A stretch of 64,000 nt of DNA from a virus. The position numbers and the translations under genes were made by a program. Shown in pieces: positions 10,677-23,100 of this stretch; within the stretch, counting starts at the first letter, position 1, and the number at the start of each line of letters is the position of its first letter. The notes beneath the pieces were generated by a model, which did no database searches, was not told where the DNA came from, and saw only the letters and a list, made by a program, of their open reading frames with translations. Location: IMG/VR virus record IMGVR_UViG_3300021959_007301, positions 1-64,000 of that record; one strand, given 5' to 3'.

Positions 10677-10746
10677 CTTATGAAACACGTGGTCAGGAGT
10701 CCCCTGAGTAGTTTCCCATTCAATTGGATTTTAGGAGGAAAATAGA

Positions 10747-11223
10747 ATGGCAGATAAAAAAATTAGTGCGTTATCATCAGTCGCAGATTCAGATATTGGA
10801 TCAGATGATTTGTTGCATATCGTAGATAACCCTGGCGGTACACCAGTAAACAAGAAGATGACTATTGGTCAACTTTTTGAAAACGTACCAACTCACCTTG
10901 CAATCAATGACATCGTAACTGAATCATCAGCTGCGACAGACTTGGCTGCATCATCAACAACTATTGTAGATGGTTCATCATTCACTGCAGACGTTGCTTT
11001 CACATTAGATGACGGTACAGATACAGGTCAGATTAAGTTCTTATCTTGTTCAGGAATGGCATCATCATTTGCAGCTAACATCACTGTTTCATCATGGCAT
11101 GATTCAAGTGTTTCTGCACCACAAATAGTGTTGAATGCACAGGGTGAAGGTTGTATCTTAGTTTGGAATGGTTCCGTATGGTTACCAGTTGCAAACTCAG
11201 GTGCTACAATCAACAATTCTTAA
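10747..11223 (+). CDS. Small virion/fibre-type protein (KKISAL N-terminus)
   Basis: Strong RBS AGGAGG; MADKKISALSS..DDLL.IVD start and LVWNGSVW end resemble phage fibre modules. Confidence 0.6.
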   Translation: MADKKISALSSVADSDIGSDDLLHIVDNPGGTPVNKKMTIGQLFENVPTHLAINDIVTESSAATDLAASSTTIVDGSSFTADVAFTLDDGTDTGQIKFLSCSGMASSFAANITVSSWHDSSVSAPQIVLNAQGEGCILVWNGSVWLPVANSGATINNS

Positions 11224-11243
11224 TAATAAGGTATAGTTTCTAG

Positions 11244-14200
11244 ATGTCTCACGAAAAGTTAATTGTCGACAAACTGTCACACAGATTACCCTCTCTCTTA
11301 CCTGAATTTGTAAGGGAGGAGTCACCTGCACTTGAACAGTTTCTGAAGGCATACTTTGAGTTTCTAGAAGCAGAAATACTAGTCCTCGAATCTCCTGAGG
11401 AGATTGGGGATATTGTCTTAGAAGACGGGCAGGGTTCCATTCTTTTGGAACCCTATACCGTTGCACCATCTCCTGATGCTTACACTTCTAAGATTGTACA
11501 GGAGAAAACCAAACAATTTAATGGCGATAGTGTTCAAGTAACTCCTTTCCAAATCGGAGAGTATGTTTATGGTTCCGTTAGTGGTTCCGTTGCAGAAATT
11601 AGAGTTGTAAATGGTCAGACACTATACCTAAAAACAATTTCAGGTAATGGTTTCTCAAAAGGAGAAACGGTTACTGGTAGAGATGGTAACTTTACTGCAA
11701 AGGTTAAATCATTTAAAGAAAATACTATCCTTGCAAACAATCGTCTCTTAGATTATTCAGATATTGACCATACTACAGAATCTTTCTTAGAGTACTTCCA
11801 AAAAGATTTTGTGCCGTCTTTGAACATTAACAATGTTCAGAATAAAAGACTTGCAATTAAGAACATTAGTACCCTATACAAGAAGAAGGGTACAGAGGAA
11901 TCATTAAAGTTCCTTATGCGTATTCTCTACGGAGAAGATGCAGAAATTAGATACCCCTTTGACCAAACTATTCAAATATCAGAATCAAACCATAGTCAGA
12001 AAAGACGTATGGTTGTTAGAATGGATAATGAAAATCTTATCCCTTCTGCAACAGATAAAATTGTACAATACACACAAGGTTCTGATTTTATTGAAGCAGA
12101 GTCGATTGTAGAAAACGTCTACAACTTAGAAACAGACAAGGGTATCTACTCAATAGAAATCACAGACAATCATATTGGCACATTCACTGAAGGTTCAATT
12201 GTAAACCTAGTAGATAGAGATGGTGTTACCAATGTTACTGCACGTGTCTTAGGTGTTATCAATGATGTGAACTTTGATAAGTCATCAATATACTTCGTTA
12301 CAGATGAAGGTGATAACATTGTAATAGAGACAGTAGTACAATCAGTGACTGCAGGTGCTGTAATTGCAGACAAACAAAAAGTAGGAATCAACACTCTATC
12401 AGCAAATTACATTGGAACTTTTGATAGAGGTGACATTGTTCAGTTCGATAATCACAGTACACAATATCGTATTATTGAGATTATAGAATCTGCAACACTT
12501 GTATTAGAAAGACTTAGTTCACCACATGGAACTGGATTAGAAACAGATGTGCCTGATGGTACAATAATAAGAAAGGCGAGTGAAGGTTTAATTTCAGAGA
12601 ACAGCGATAGAGGTTCTCTGTATGAAATTAATAACAGATTAGATTTCGTTGGTGGTAATAGAGATAAAGATGCTGTAACAGCAAGAACAATTGTTGATGC
12701 AGTAAATTCTGGCGGTGTAGAAAAAATCTATATCGAAGATGGTGGTAATGGTTATTATAACACATATTCTGCTGTAACAGAAGGTACAGTAGACCAAATG
12801 ATAACTGAAGATGGTTTTGAAATACAATACGAAGACAATTCATATTGTGTAACAGAATACTCAGAATCATCAACACACTTAATGTTCTCTACTGAACTGG
12901 ACAGTTCAATCAGAGTTGGACAAGAAGTATTTGGTACAAACATTCAAAGAGTGAGGGTAGTGTCTATCGCAGAAGATAGACTATCGATGATTGTAAGTAA
13001 ACCACTTGCACTTACTGATAACTCTATTCTTCAAATTGGTTTACCACAGTTAGTTGTATTTGACAACAGGGAAACTGGCGGTAGTAATGCACATGCTGTT
13101 ATCGGTTCAGTTGGTGATGAAATCATCTTAGAGAACAAAGATGTGTATGGACAATTTGAATTCACTGCAACTGCAGGACAAACACTATTCAATGGTAGAG
13201 ACAATTACGGTAACAGACTAATCTTTAATGACCAAAAAGTTAGAGTATTTGTTGATGGTATCGAATACCAAGAAGCAGATGTCACTTATGGATATGCAAA
13301 GAAAAACGATAGAATTACATTCAACAGTGGGTTGAGTGTAGGACAACAAGTAGACATCTATCAAGAGTTTAACAATCTAGTATACGAAGATGGTACACGT
13401 GCAAACTTAGAAACAACAAACTCTGCAATCAGAACAATCAATATAATCGATGAAGGTGTCGGTTATAGAAAGATACCAAAAGTGTATCCAGGCGGATACG
13501 TTTATGTAGAAAATGCTACAGGGTATCAAATCGGTGAACAGGTAAATCAATCAGAATCAGGTGTAACTACTGCAACAGGTCTTCTTATTAGAATAGAAAA
13601 GAAAGAAGGTCGTTTAGTTATTGCAAGAAGGTCAACTGATACAGGTACATTCCTTGCTGGTAAACAAATTGTTGGTGGAACATCTGAAACTACACAAACT
13701 ATGGAACAGGTCAATGTTTCTAGTGGTACAGGTGCAAAACTATTTGCATGGTCAAGTACTATTGGTGGTGTAGGTTCAGTTAACGTAGAAGAACAGGGTT
13801 ATAACTTTAGTGAAGACGGTCTTATTGCACCATCCTCACAACACCCAATGTTAATCAAAACACCGACAACAAATTTAACAACAGGTATAGAATTAACAGG
13901 TGCAGTATCAGGCACAACTGCAACCGTTGTATCTTATGATGCAGACAGACATATCCTTATATACACTGATTTAAATGGTGACTTCTTAGACGAAGAAACT
14001 GTTAACTTCAATCTTACAGATTCATTCGTTGTATTAAGAAATAACAGATTTGATGGTAGAGGTAACTTTGGTGGTGAAGGTCTTATTGAAGAACAACTCT
14101 TAGGAGATAAGAGTACACTTGATGCATCAGCATCAAACATCCACGATGGTTTATTCTATCAGACACACTCATATGTTGTCAAGATTGGTGAGTCAATTAA

Positions 14201-15638
14201 CAAGTGGAGAAGTGCTGTTAAGGATTTACTCCACCCTGCAGGTCACATATTCTTTGGTGAGGTTGCAATTAAAAACGTTGTGGTTTCAGATGAAACTGCA
14301 GGTATCATTTCTGCAGACGATTCATTGCAGAACGTTAACATTGAAACAAGAGACGATGTAGATAACTCATTAAACGTTGAAGTTATATTCCGTCCTACTA
14401 TCATTATTCACGGTGATACAGGTGAGGGACAACTGCTTTATGAGGATGGAAGTAGAATCCTCATCAATGATACAGACCACATCGAAGACATCCCTGATAC
14501 AAGAAATGATTATCTATTATTAGATAGAGACACAACAAATATCCCTGATGCATTCTACAATTCATCAAGAGAAATTGAGTTACACGACTTCTTCCCACAT
14601 GGAGATATCGTATTTGAAGATGGTGGCAAACCATTATTAGAAGAACAAACAACAGGTTGGAGATTAGGTGATACCAATTACTTCCGTATGGAAGATACTT
14701 CACCTGACCCACTGGTTGTATTGTTAGATGCAGGACTCGAAGATAACATACCTACAGTAGATAACAGTGGAGTGTTAATTGCATCAACAGTAACAAACCC
14801 AGCTGGTATTGACTTTGGTGCAAGGTCAGAGTACTACGACACTTCTCATAAGAACAGACACTTTAATGTTAATGTTATAAACTCATTTGCACATACACCT
14901 ATACAGTATTCACCAAGACTTGACGATGCAATGACAGTCTTGAACTTATGTCGTGCAGATGATAATGATGAATACTTAACACCTATCAACTCTTTTGCTT
15001 CAGTTCCTGAAAGAAGACCTTCAGACCAAGGTAAAATTTTCTCAGTCTTTACACAAGAAGATGAGGTACTAGTCTTAGAGGATGGTAGTAGAATCGAGAT
15101 GGAAGAACATGTTCATCATTTAAGATTTGAACCAAACGAACATGCTATAGTTAAAGATTGTAACGGTGACAGAATGTTACTGGAAGATGGTGACATTGCA
15201 ACACTAGAATCTGCAACAGAACCAGTAGAGTTTGAGTACTTCGTTTCAGAAAGGTCAATTGACTTATTTGATAATGAAATATATACAGAAGATTATCATA
15301 GAATGATTATGGAAGACGGCAGTGTACTTGTACACGAACAGTCTTCAGAGAATAATATCAGTACGTTTGTTCCACTGGGACACACATTCCGTACACTAAA
15401 TACTATTCAAGGTCAGAGGACATATAACATCGCTTATTACTTAAAAGATGAGACTGACTCTGATGATTTTATACTAGAAGATGGAACAGGTGCATTCCTA
15501 AAAGAAGAATCCAAATCAGAAGGTATCCGAATATCAGACTTTAGTTATTACTATCCTGATACTGTAATACCTGATTACCCTCTTCATGAAAGAAAAAGAA
15601 CAAATATTGCATTTAGTACTTATGTAAAGTCTGCATAA
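11244..15638 (+). CDS. gp7: Baseplate wedge initiator gp7-like, greatly extended
   Basis: LPEFVREE...FLKAYFEFLE, LYKKKGTEES.KFL.RILYG, YQ.HSYV.K, LLHPAG..FGE; lies between gp6 and gp8. Confidence 0.8.
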   Translation: MSHEKLIVDKLSHRLPSLLPEFVREESPALEQFLKAYFEFLEAEILVLESPEEIGDIVLEDGQGSILLEPYTVAPSPDAYTSKIVQEKTKQFNGDSVQVTPFQIGEYVYGSVSGSVAEIRVVNGQTLYLKTISGNGFSKGETVTGRDGNFTAKVKSFKENTILANNRLLDYSDIDHTTESFLEYFQKDFVPSLNINNVQNKRLAIKNISTLYKKKGTEESLKFLMRILYGEDAEIRYPFDQTIQISESNHSQKRRMVVRMDNENLIPSATDKIVQYTQGSDFIEAESIVENVYNLETDKGIYSIEITDNHIGTFTEGSIVNLVDRDGVTNVTARVLGVINDVNFDKSSIYFVTDEGDNIVIETVVQSVTAGAVIADKQKVGINTLSANYIGTFDRGDIVQFDNHSTQYRIIEIIESATLVLERLSSPHGTGLETDVPDGTIIRKASEGLISENSDRGSLYEINNRLDFVGGNRDKDAVTARTIVDAVNSGGVEKIYIEDGGNGYYNTYSAVTEGTVDQMITEDGFEIQYEDNSYCVTEYSESSTHLMFSTELDSSIRVGQEVFGTNIQRVRVVSIAEDRLSMIVSKPLALTDNSILQIGLPQLVVFDNRETGGSNAHAVIGSVGDEIILENKDVYGQFEFTATAGQTLFNGRDNYGNRLIFNDQKVRVFVDGIEYQEADVTYGYAKKNDRITFNSGLSVGQQVDIYQEFNNLVYEDGTRANLETTNSAIRTINIIDEGVGYRKIPKVYPGGYVYVENATGYQIGEQVNQSESGVTTATGLLIRIEKKEGRLVIARRSTDTGTFLAGKQIVGGTSETTQTMEQVNVSSGTGAKLFAWSSTIGGVGSVNVEEQGYNFSEDGLIAPSSQHPMLIKTPTTNLTTGIELTGAVSGTTATVVSYDADRHILIYTDLNGDFLDEETVNFNLTDSFVVLRNNRFDGRGNFGGEGLIEEQLLGDKSTLDASASNIHDGLFYQTHSYVVKIGESINKWRSAVKDLLHPAGHIFFGEVAIKNVVVSDETAGIISADDSLQNVNIETRDDVDNSLNVEVIFRPTIIIHGDTGEGQLLYEDGSRILINDTDHIEDIPDTRNDYLLLDRDTTNIPDAFYNSSREIELHDFFPHGDIVFEDGGKPLLEEQTTGWRLGDTNYFRMEDTSPDPLVVLLDAGLEDNIPTVDNSGVLIASTVTNPAGIDFGARSEYYDTSHKNRHFNVNVINSFAHTPIQYSPRLDDAMTVLNLCRADDNDEYLTPINSFASVPERRPSDQGKIFSVFTQEDEVLVLEDGSRIEMEEHVHHLRFEPNEHAIVKDCNGDRMLLEDGDIATLESATEPVEFEYFVSERSIDLFDNEIYTEDYHRMIMEDGSVLVHEQSSENNISTFVPLGHTFRTLNTIQGQRTYNIAYYLKDETDSDDFILEDGTGAFLKEESKSEGIRISDFSYYYPDTVIPDYPLHERKRTNIAFSTYVKSA

Positions 15639-15676
15639 GTATATAAATAGTTAGATAAATATCTTAGGAGATAGAA

Positions 15677-17146
15677 ATGGCAGCAATTATAACCGAAAAG
15701 TTTCGTACTCATAATGCGAGACAATTCAAAGAAGACTTTGATGAATCAGCTTCATCAACGTATATTTTTATAGGACGTTCATTCGATTGGACTGATGAAA
15801 ATTCACCCCCTTCACCTGCTAATGCAGTTGGTGAAGAGATAGATGCATTTGCAGACATGATTGCACTTAAGAAGGTTGCACCTTCTGACGTGACACATGG
15901 TTTGGTAAGAAGAAACTATGATTCAACAGGTGCAACATCATATGATGAGTATCAACATGACATCTCAACTTCAAATACTGCAGTAGCATCAGGTGCAACT
16001 AACTTATATGACTCAAGATTTTATGTAATTACTGATGAGTATCACGTCTACAAGTGTATTAGAACTGGTAGAGATTCAAGTGGTGCTGTAATTGCATCAA
16101 CAGTCAAACCAACAGGTACAAGTCCTACTGCATTAGTTGAAACATCTGATACAAATGCAGCTGGTGGTAGAGGTTACCTATGGAAGTATATGTACACAAT
16201 CGGTGCATCCGATACAATCAAATTCGTAACAAACGATTTTATTCCAGTTAAGACATTAGGTGCTCAAACTGAAGTAGATGGTGAAACAGGAATCGGTACT
16301 GCTGCCACCGATGACGGTTCATCTCTATGGGATGTTGAGAACCAAGCAGTTGATGGTGCTGTCCATCACATTGAAGTAACAAACGGTGGGTCAGGTTATA
16401 ACGATAACGACTACACTGGTGTTGCAATCCTAGGAGACGGTCAAAACGGTGAATGTACAGTTCACGTTTCAGGTAATGTTGTAACTCATATCACTGTAAC
16501 AACTGCAGGTTCAGGTTACAAACGTGCATCAATTGATATCAATGGAATCACAGGTATTGGTTCAGGTGCAAACGCAACTGCAAAAGTAATTATTTCACCC
16601 ATATATGGACATGGTGCTAATCCAGTTGAAGAACTTGGTGGTAACTATATTATCGTTAACTCAAGACTTGAGTTCAACGAAGGTTCAGGTGACTTCCCAA
16701 CAGATAACGATTTTAGACGAATTGGTTTAATTCAAGACCCATTTGCTAAAGGTACAACAACTGTATCAACAAGTGATTCACTTACTGCATACAACGAAAT
16801 CACTGTATCGTCAGTGGGTAACATTAGTGTTGATGATATAATCATGAATGCAAACTCAAACGGTTCAAGTGCTGCAGTATCAAGAGTAGTATCAGTTGAT
16901 GCATCAACTAACGTTGTATCACACATTCCAGTTGCAAACTCAGGCGGTCAATATGTTGACTTCGCAAATAGTGACACTATCTATGTTGACGGTGTACAGG
17001 TTGCAACAACTGGTGGAAGTGCCGTGAGTACAACTCACCCTGAAGTAGAAAGATTTACAGGGAAGATTATGTACATTGAAAACAGAGGTGCAGTAACACG
17101 TGCCGCTGATCAGATTGAAGATATCAAACTGATTGTTGAAATGTAA
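15677..17146 (+). CDS. gp8: Baseplate wedge subunit gp8
   Basis: MAAIIT.KFR..NA, YIFIGR...W, FYVITDEY.VYKC, GYLWKYMY, IENR..V.RA.DQ.EDIKLI. Confidence 0.92.
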   Translation: MAAIITEKFRTHNARQFKEDFDESASSTYIFIGRSFDWTDENSPPSPANAVGEEIDAFADMIALKKVAPSDVTHGLVRRNYDSTGATSYDEYQHDISTSNTAVASGATNLYDSRFYVITDEYHVYKCIRTGRDSSGAVIASTVKPTGTSPTALVETSDTNAAGGRGYLWKYMYTIGASDTIKFVTNDFIPVKTLGAQTEVDGETGIGTAATDDGSSLWDVENQAVDGAVHHIEVTNGGSGYNDNDYTGVAILGDGQNGECTVHVSGNVVTHITVTTAGSGYKRASIDINGITGIGSGANATAKVIISPIYGHGANPVEELGGNYIIVNSRLEFNEGSGDFPTDNDFRRIGLIQDPFAKGTTTVSTSDSLTAYNEITVSSVGNISVDDIIMNANSNGSSAAVSRVVSVDASTNVVSHIPVANSGGQYVDFANSDTIYVDGVQVATTGGSAVSTTHPEVERFTGKIMYIENRGAVTRAADQIEDIKLIVEM

Positions 17147-17149
17147 TCA

Positions 17150-17172
17150 TTCGTCCTCTTTATGGGGACGAA
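17150..17172 (+). terminator. Stem-loop after gp8 (possible terminator or processing site)
   Basis: ttcgtcctc-tttat-ggggacgaa inverted repeat with one G-U pair; no U-tract. Confidence 0.4.
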
Positions 17173-17195
17173 TAAATATAATAAAGAGATAGGAC

Positions 17196-20100
17196 ATGCC
17201 AGAAAAAACTGATTTAAATATATCACCATACTACGATGACTACTCTGAAGATAAAAACTTTCATAAGGTTCTCTTCAGAGCAGGAAGACCTCTACAAGCA
17301 AGAGAGTTAACTCAGTCACAATCAATTCTTCAGAACCAAGTTGAAAGACTTGGTGGACATTTCTTTAAAGAAGGTTCTATTGTTGCAGGTGTTCAGTCAG
17401 GTATTGACTTAGAACTTTACTATGCAAAAGTAGATACTGAGAATCCAAATACTAATGGTGATGACGTTGTCGAAACATATAGAGAATCATTCCATGGTAA
17501 ACTAATTCGTGGTAAAACTTCAGGTGTTGTTGCAAAGGTTATAGATTCTTCTGCAAAAACATCCGATGACGAATTAACTATCTTCTTTAAGTATCTAACT
17601 TCAGGTACAAACAACGAATACACATTCACTGCAGGTGAGGAACTACAGGAAGTAACTGTAGATTCAGGTGGTGCATACTCTGCTGTATCTGCAAACAACA
17701 ACGAATTTAAAGTCCTTCCATCAACAAACAACTCAATCGGAGTTGGTTCAAGAGCAGAGATTGATGAAGGTGTTATCTTTACAAGAGGTTTCTTTGTAAA
17801 GGTTCCAAAACAACATTTACTATTAGAAAAGTATAGTTCAAGACCATCATATAGAATTGGTCTAAAAATAGAAGAGAAACTCATTTCTAATTCAGAAGAC
17901 TCATCATTACAAGATAATGCACAAGGGTCTTCAAACGAGAACGCTGCAGGTGCAGATAGATTCCAAGTTAATCTAACACTTGCAAAGTTCACTATTGACA
18001 CTCAAACTGATGCAAACTTTATTGAATTGATTAGAGTTAATCAAGGTATCATTGAGTTACAGATTTCCAATCCTATCTACAACACCATTGAAAAGACACT
18101 TGCACGTAGAACATACGATGCAAATGGTGACTTTGTAGTTAGACAATTTACACAATCATTAAGAGAACACTTAGACGACACAACCAACAGAGGTTTCTAT
18201 CCTGTAGGTTCAGGTGGTAAAGAAGATAAGTTTGTAATGCAAGTATCGCCTGGTAAGGCATATGTTAGAGGTTTTGAAATTGACAAAACTGGTACTACAA
18301 CAATTCCTTTCTCAAAGGCACGTTCAACTAAGTCGTTATCAAATGCAAAATCACCTATTCGTTTAGGTAATAAATTAAGAGTTTCAAATGCACACGGATT
18401 ACCTGAAGTAATTCAAGGTGTTAACAGTACAGGTATCACTCCTTACAAATTCTGTAAGTTATGGCCTAGTGTTGTTGCAGTAGACGGAACAGAAAACTCT
18501 GAAGATTTTATCGGTTATGCAAGAGTACGAGATATTGAATTGCATGACGGTTCAGACACAAGTGGTGTCTATGCAAGTAATTCAGAATATGATTTGTCAA
18601 TGTTTGACATTAAGATGTTCTCCAAATTACCGTATACATCTCATACAGGTACTGCACAAGCAGGTGATAAGATAACAGGTAGTGCAACAGGTGCTACTGG
18701 TATTGTTGCGTATGATAATAATTCAGATGCACTTTATGTTCATGATGTAGTAGGAAACTTCTCATCAAATGACTCACTTTCTTCTGAGGGTGCAGGTAAC
18801 TTTGCATGTAGTATTGATGGTACACCAAGAAACTATAACATTGACCGTACAAGGTCTATTACACAGGCACCAACAAATGGTTCAAGGGAAACCTTTACTG
18901 CAGATATCAATACAGATGCAGTTAAAATTCTAACAGGTACACTAGTATTCACTGCATCAAGCACTGCAGTTAGTGGTGTAGGTACTTTATTTGCATCAGA
19001 ACTTAAAGAGGGTGACATTATTGTTAACCCACTTGGTGGCCAAGAACTTATTGTTGCATCAATTACAAACGATATCAGTTTAACACTTACAAGTCCTTCA
19101 ACTAATGCATATCAAGGTAATGTTGAAAGAAGACGTGTAAAACTTATTGACCAAGACCAAACAGTAAACATCTTCTCATGGCCTAGAGACTGGGTTAAAG
19201 ACCACACTGCAGATTTAGTAAAAGTTAAAAGACAAACAGTACAAACCATTGGTGCATCAGGTAATATTACTATTGCACAAACAGAGGGTACATTTGAAGA
19301 CCAAAACACTGATAACTTCTCAATTGCAGTTATCGATGTCAGTTCTGCAGCTTCTCCAACATTCTCTGCAGGTGATACACTAAACATAGAAGATTATGAA
19401 GACACTTCACCTACACAAAATGGTGATGGTCAGAGTATTACACTTACAGGTTTTGGTGCTGCAAACGAAGATGTCGTTTTAAGAGTTACATACTCAGTAT
19501 TAATTGCAGACCCAAATCCAAGAACAAAAGATTTAAACAAAGGACGTGCATTACGAGTCTCAGGTGATAGAAACGGTTCATACACAGGAGTGTATGGTTC
19601 ATCATTTAGAGATAAAGAGATTTCTCTTGGTATTGCAGACGTATTTAAAATTAGAGGAATCTATGAAGGTGTTGGAGGAACTCCAGTTACACCTAATGCA
19701 TCACTTTCAAGTGAAGTAGGTACATTCCAACTTCATGAAGTCCTTGTTGGACAAACATCAAATGCACGTGCTGTATTGATTGACTATAACTCAGGTGGAA
19801 CATCGTACTGGTATATGATATCAGGTAGATTCCAAGAGAATGAGTTTGTTGTTGGTCAAGATTCACTTGCACAAGCAACACTTACAGACGTATCACAAGG
19901 TTCACCAAATATCACATCAAGATATTTCTTTGATGATGGTCAGAGAGATGGTTACTATGATATATGTAAATTAGTCAGAAAACCAGCAGAACCTGCACCT
20001 AATAATCAGATTCTTATTGTTTTTGACCAATTCTCACATGGTGATGGTGACTTCTTTGATGTCACATCATATAGTGTACCATATAAAGACATTCCTGTCT

Positions 20101-23100
20101 ACTCTGCAAACAAAGTAGACTTGGGTGGTTTAGAACCTGACGGTACTTATGAATTATCAGATGCCTTAGACTTCAGACCAGTTGTTGGTCAGTTGTATGA
20201 TATAGATTTATCTGCAAACCCTGATTTATCTTCAGTATCTGATATCAGTACTGCAATTGAATATGCACCATTCTCATATGAGAAAGGTAGAAGTTATAAA
20301 TCTTCAAGAGACAAAGAGACAACTAACACAGGTTATAACTATGATACTAATCCTAGTTTGCCTGGCACTCCTGTAACAGGTTCAAGTGTCCAAGGTGACA
20401 TTGAATTCTATGTTGGAAGAGTTGATAAACTCTTCCTACACAAGTCAGGTAAGTTCCAAGTCTCTTCAGGTGAACCTGCATTATCTCCAACCAAACCAAA
20501 GAGTGTTGATGGTGCTATCGAATTGTTTGAATTAACAATTCCTCCGTTTACCAAAAACTTAAAGAACATTAGAGTTAGGTCACAAGACCATAGAAGATTT
20601 ACCATGAAAGATATTGGTAAAATCAATCAGAGAGTGACTAACTTAGAAAGAGTAACATCTCTTTCATTACTTGAGAAAGACACTCAAACAAAACAAATTT
20701 TAGATGGAGATGGATTTGATAGATTCAAATCAGGTTTCCTAGTAGACAACTTTAGAGGTCACAGAGTCGGTGATGTAAACCATCCTGATTACAAGAACTC
20801 CGTTGATTCACAACTTGGTGTATTAAGACCACAATCATATTCACAATTCTTTGATATTGGATTTAAGAGTGCAACATCTCAGAACTATAAGAAGACTGGT
20901 GACTTATTGACACTTCCTTATTCTGAGGTTACATTTGTAAATCAAGACAAGGCATCACGTGCAATCAATGTTAACCCATATCACGTCTTTGCATTTATTG
21001 GTGATGTTAAACTCACACCTGAAACAGACGTGTGGAACGATTCAGAAAGATTACCTGAAGTTAGAGTAAACAGAGAAGGTAATTTCGATGCAGTTCTTGC
21101 TGAGAATACAAACTCATTAGGTACAGTTTGGAATGCATGGCAGACCACATGGGTTGGTCAACCTCAAACTATTTCAACAGAAGTTACTGCATCATCTAAC
21201 GGTTCATGGAGTGGAGACCCAACTCAAGGTGGAGAATGGGTTCCAGGCTTACAAGTATCAAGAGAGATTACAGAAACACCTGAGATTCAAACAAGAACAG
21301 GTGTTACTACATCAGTTGTTGAAGACTTTGTAGAATCAAGAAACGACAGACTCGTATCAGTTTCAATCATACCTTTCATTCGTGCAAAGACTATTGAGAT
21401 TGATGCAACAAATTTAAAACCTGACACATGGCATTACGTCTATTTTGATGACGTACCAGTGGGGTCATATGTAAGACCATTCAGTAGTGCATATGCACAA
21501 GATGGTTCTTCTACAACACTTGGAAAAGGTGTTAAGACAGATGGTAACGGTAGACTTCGTGCATACTTTGAATTACCTAATTCAAATACACAAAGATTCC
21601 CTACAGGTCAGAGAGAATTAAAACTTACCTCATCTAAGTATAATGAGAGAAGTCCTTCATCTGCAGGAACAGGTATCTATCAAGCACAAGGTTTATTACA
21701 ATCCAACCAAACTGAGATTGTATCTACTAGAAATGGTAGAGTGGTAACAGAAAGACTTTCAGGAGAAAGAAACTTCTCAACTAGAGGTGAGGTTGTCAAT
21801 GCAACAAATATTGACACTACTGCACCTGCAATACCACAACCACCTAGTGAACCTAATGAACCACCTGAACCGCCTATTATTATTGACCCACCTGTGTTAC
21901 CACCTGAACCACCTGTGGTACCACCAGTCATTATATCAGACCCACCACCTCCACCGCCACCTGGCCCGCCGTTTGAGTTTGACTTTGATTTCCCAATCTT
22001 TGATATTGGTAATGATTTATTTTTTGAATGGTCAGACCCACTTGCACAATCATTCTTGGTTGATGCAAAAGGTGGAGTAATGTTATCATCCATAGACTTG
22101 TTCTTTAAGACAAGAGATGCAAACTTACCAGTGTCAGTACAAGTAAGAACAATGGTGAATGGTTATCCAGGCCCTAACGTGGTTCCATTCTCAACAGTAA
22201 CTAAGAATCCAAGTGAAATTAACCTTTCACAAGATGGTTCAACTGCAACCACTTTTACTTTCGAATCACCAGTATTTTTAGAGACAAACCAAGAGTATGT
22301 GTTTGTGGTATATTCAAACTCTAACGAATACGAAGTGTTCCATTCAAGAATGGGTGAAACAGACCTTGCAACTGGACAAACAATTTCAGGACAACCTTAT
22401 GCAGGTTCATTATTCATGTCACAGAACAACTCGACTTGGACTGCTGCACAAGAAGATGACCTCAAGTTCCACTTGAGAGCATGTAAGTTTGACACTTCAG
22501 TGTCAGGATATCTTGAATTTGAAAACTTAGATTTACCGAATGCAAAACTGCAGAACAACCCAATAGAAACTGTTTCAGGTCAGACATATGTTAAAGTATA
22601 TAACTATACTCACGGTATGTACAATACATCATCAAATGTAACCATTTCAGGTGTGACTGGTGATAGAACTGGTTCAGTATTAGAGGTACAAAATGCAGTA
22701 GATAGTGGTACACTACCTTCAGATGGAACCTATGACATTGTTCATGGTGGAACCGTTGGTTCAGATGCAGTAACGATTACAACTAATGGTAGTGGTGATG
22801 TAACTGAAAACGGTATTGCATTTGAAATTAAAGTGGAAACACTTTCAGGAACTGCAGACATTACAAGAACAAGAATACTACAAGCAGGTAGTGGACATGT
22901 TGCAGGTGATATTATCACTTGTACTATTGGTTCAACCTTTAGTTTTACCGTAACTATCGATACAGTTGGTGATTCACTTGGTGGTATTCCAATTGATGCA
23001 ATCAATCAAACATTCACTTCGATTGGTTCAACATTTACAATGGATACATTTAGAGTAACTCCTGATATCTCAGGATATGACTTTGTGTCAGATTACTCTG

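Noticed and set aside
21830-21990. GC-rich proline tract in the VrlC-like gene as a foreign insertion or separate repeat element
   Set aside because: An in-frame low-complexity linker just before the conserved DPLAQSF motif.
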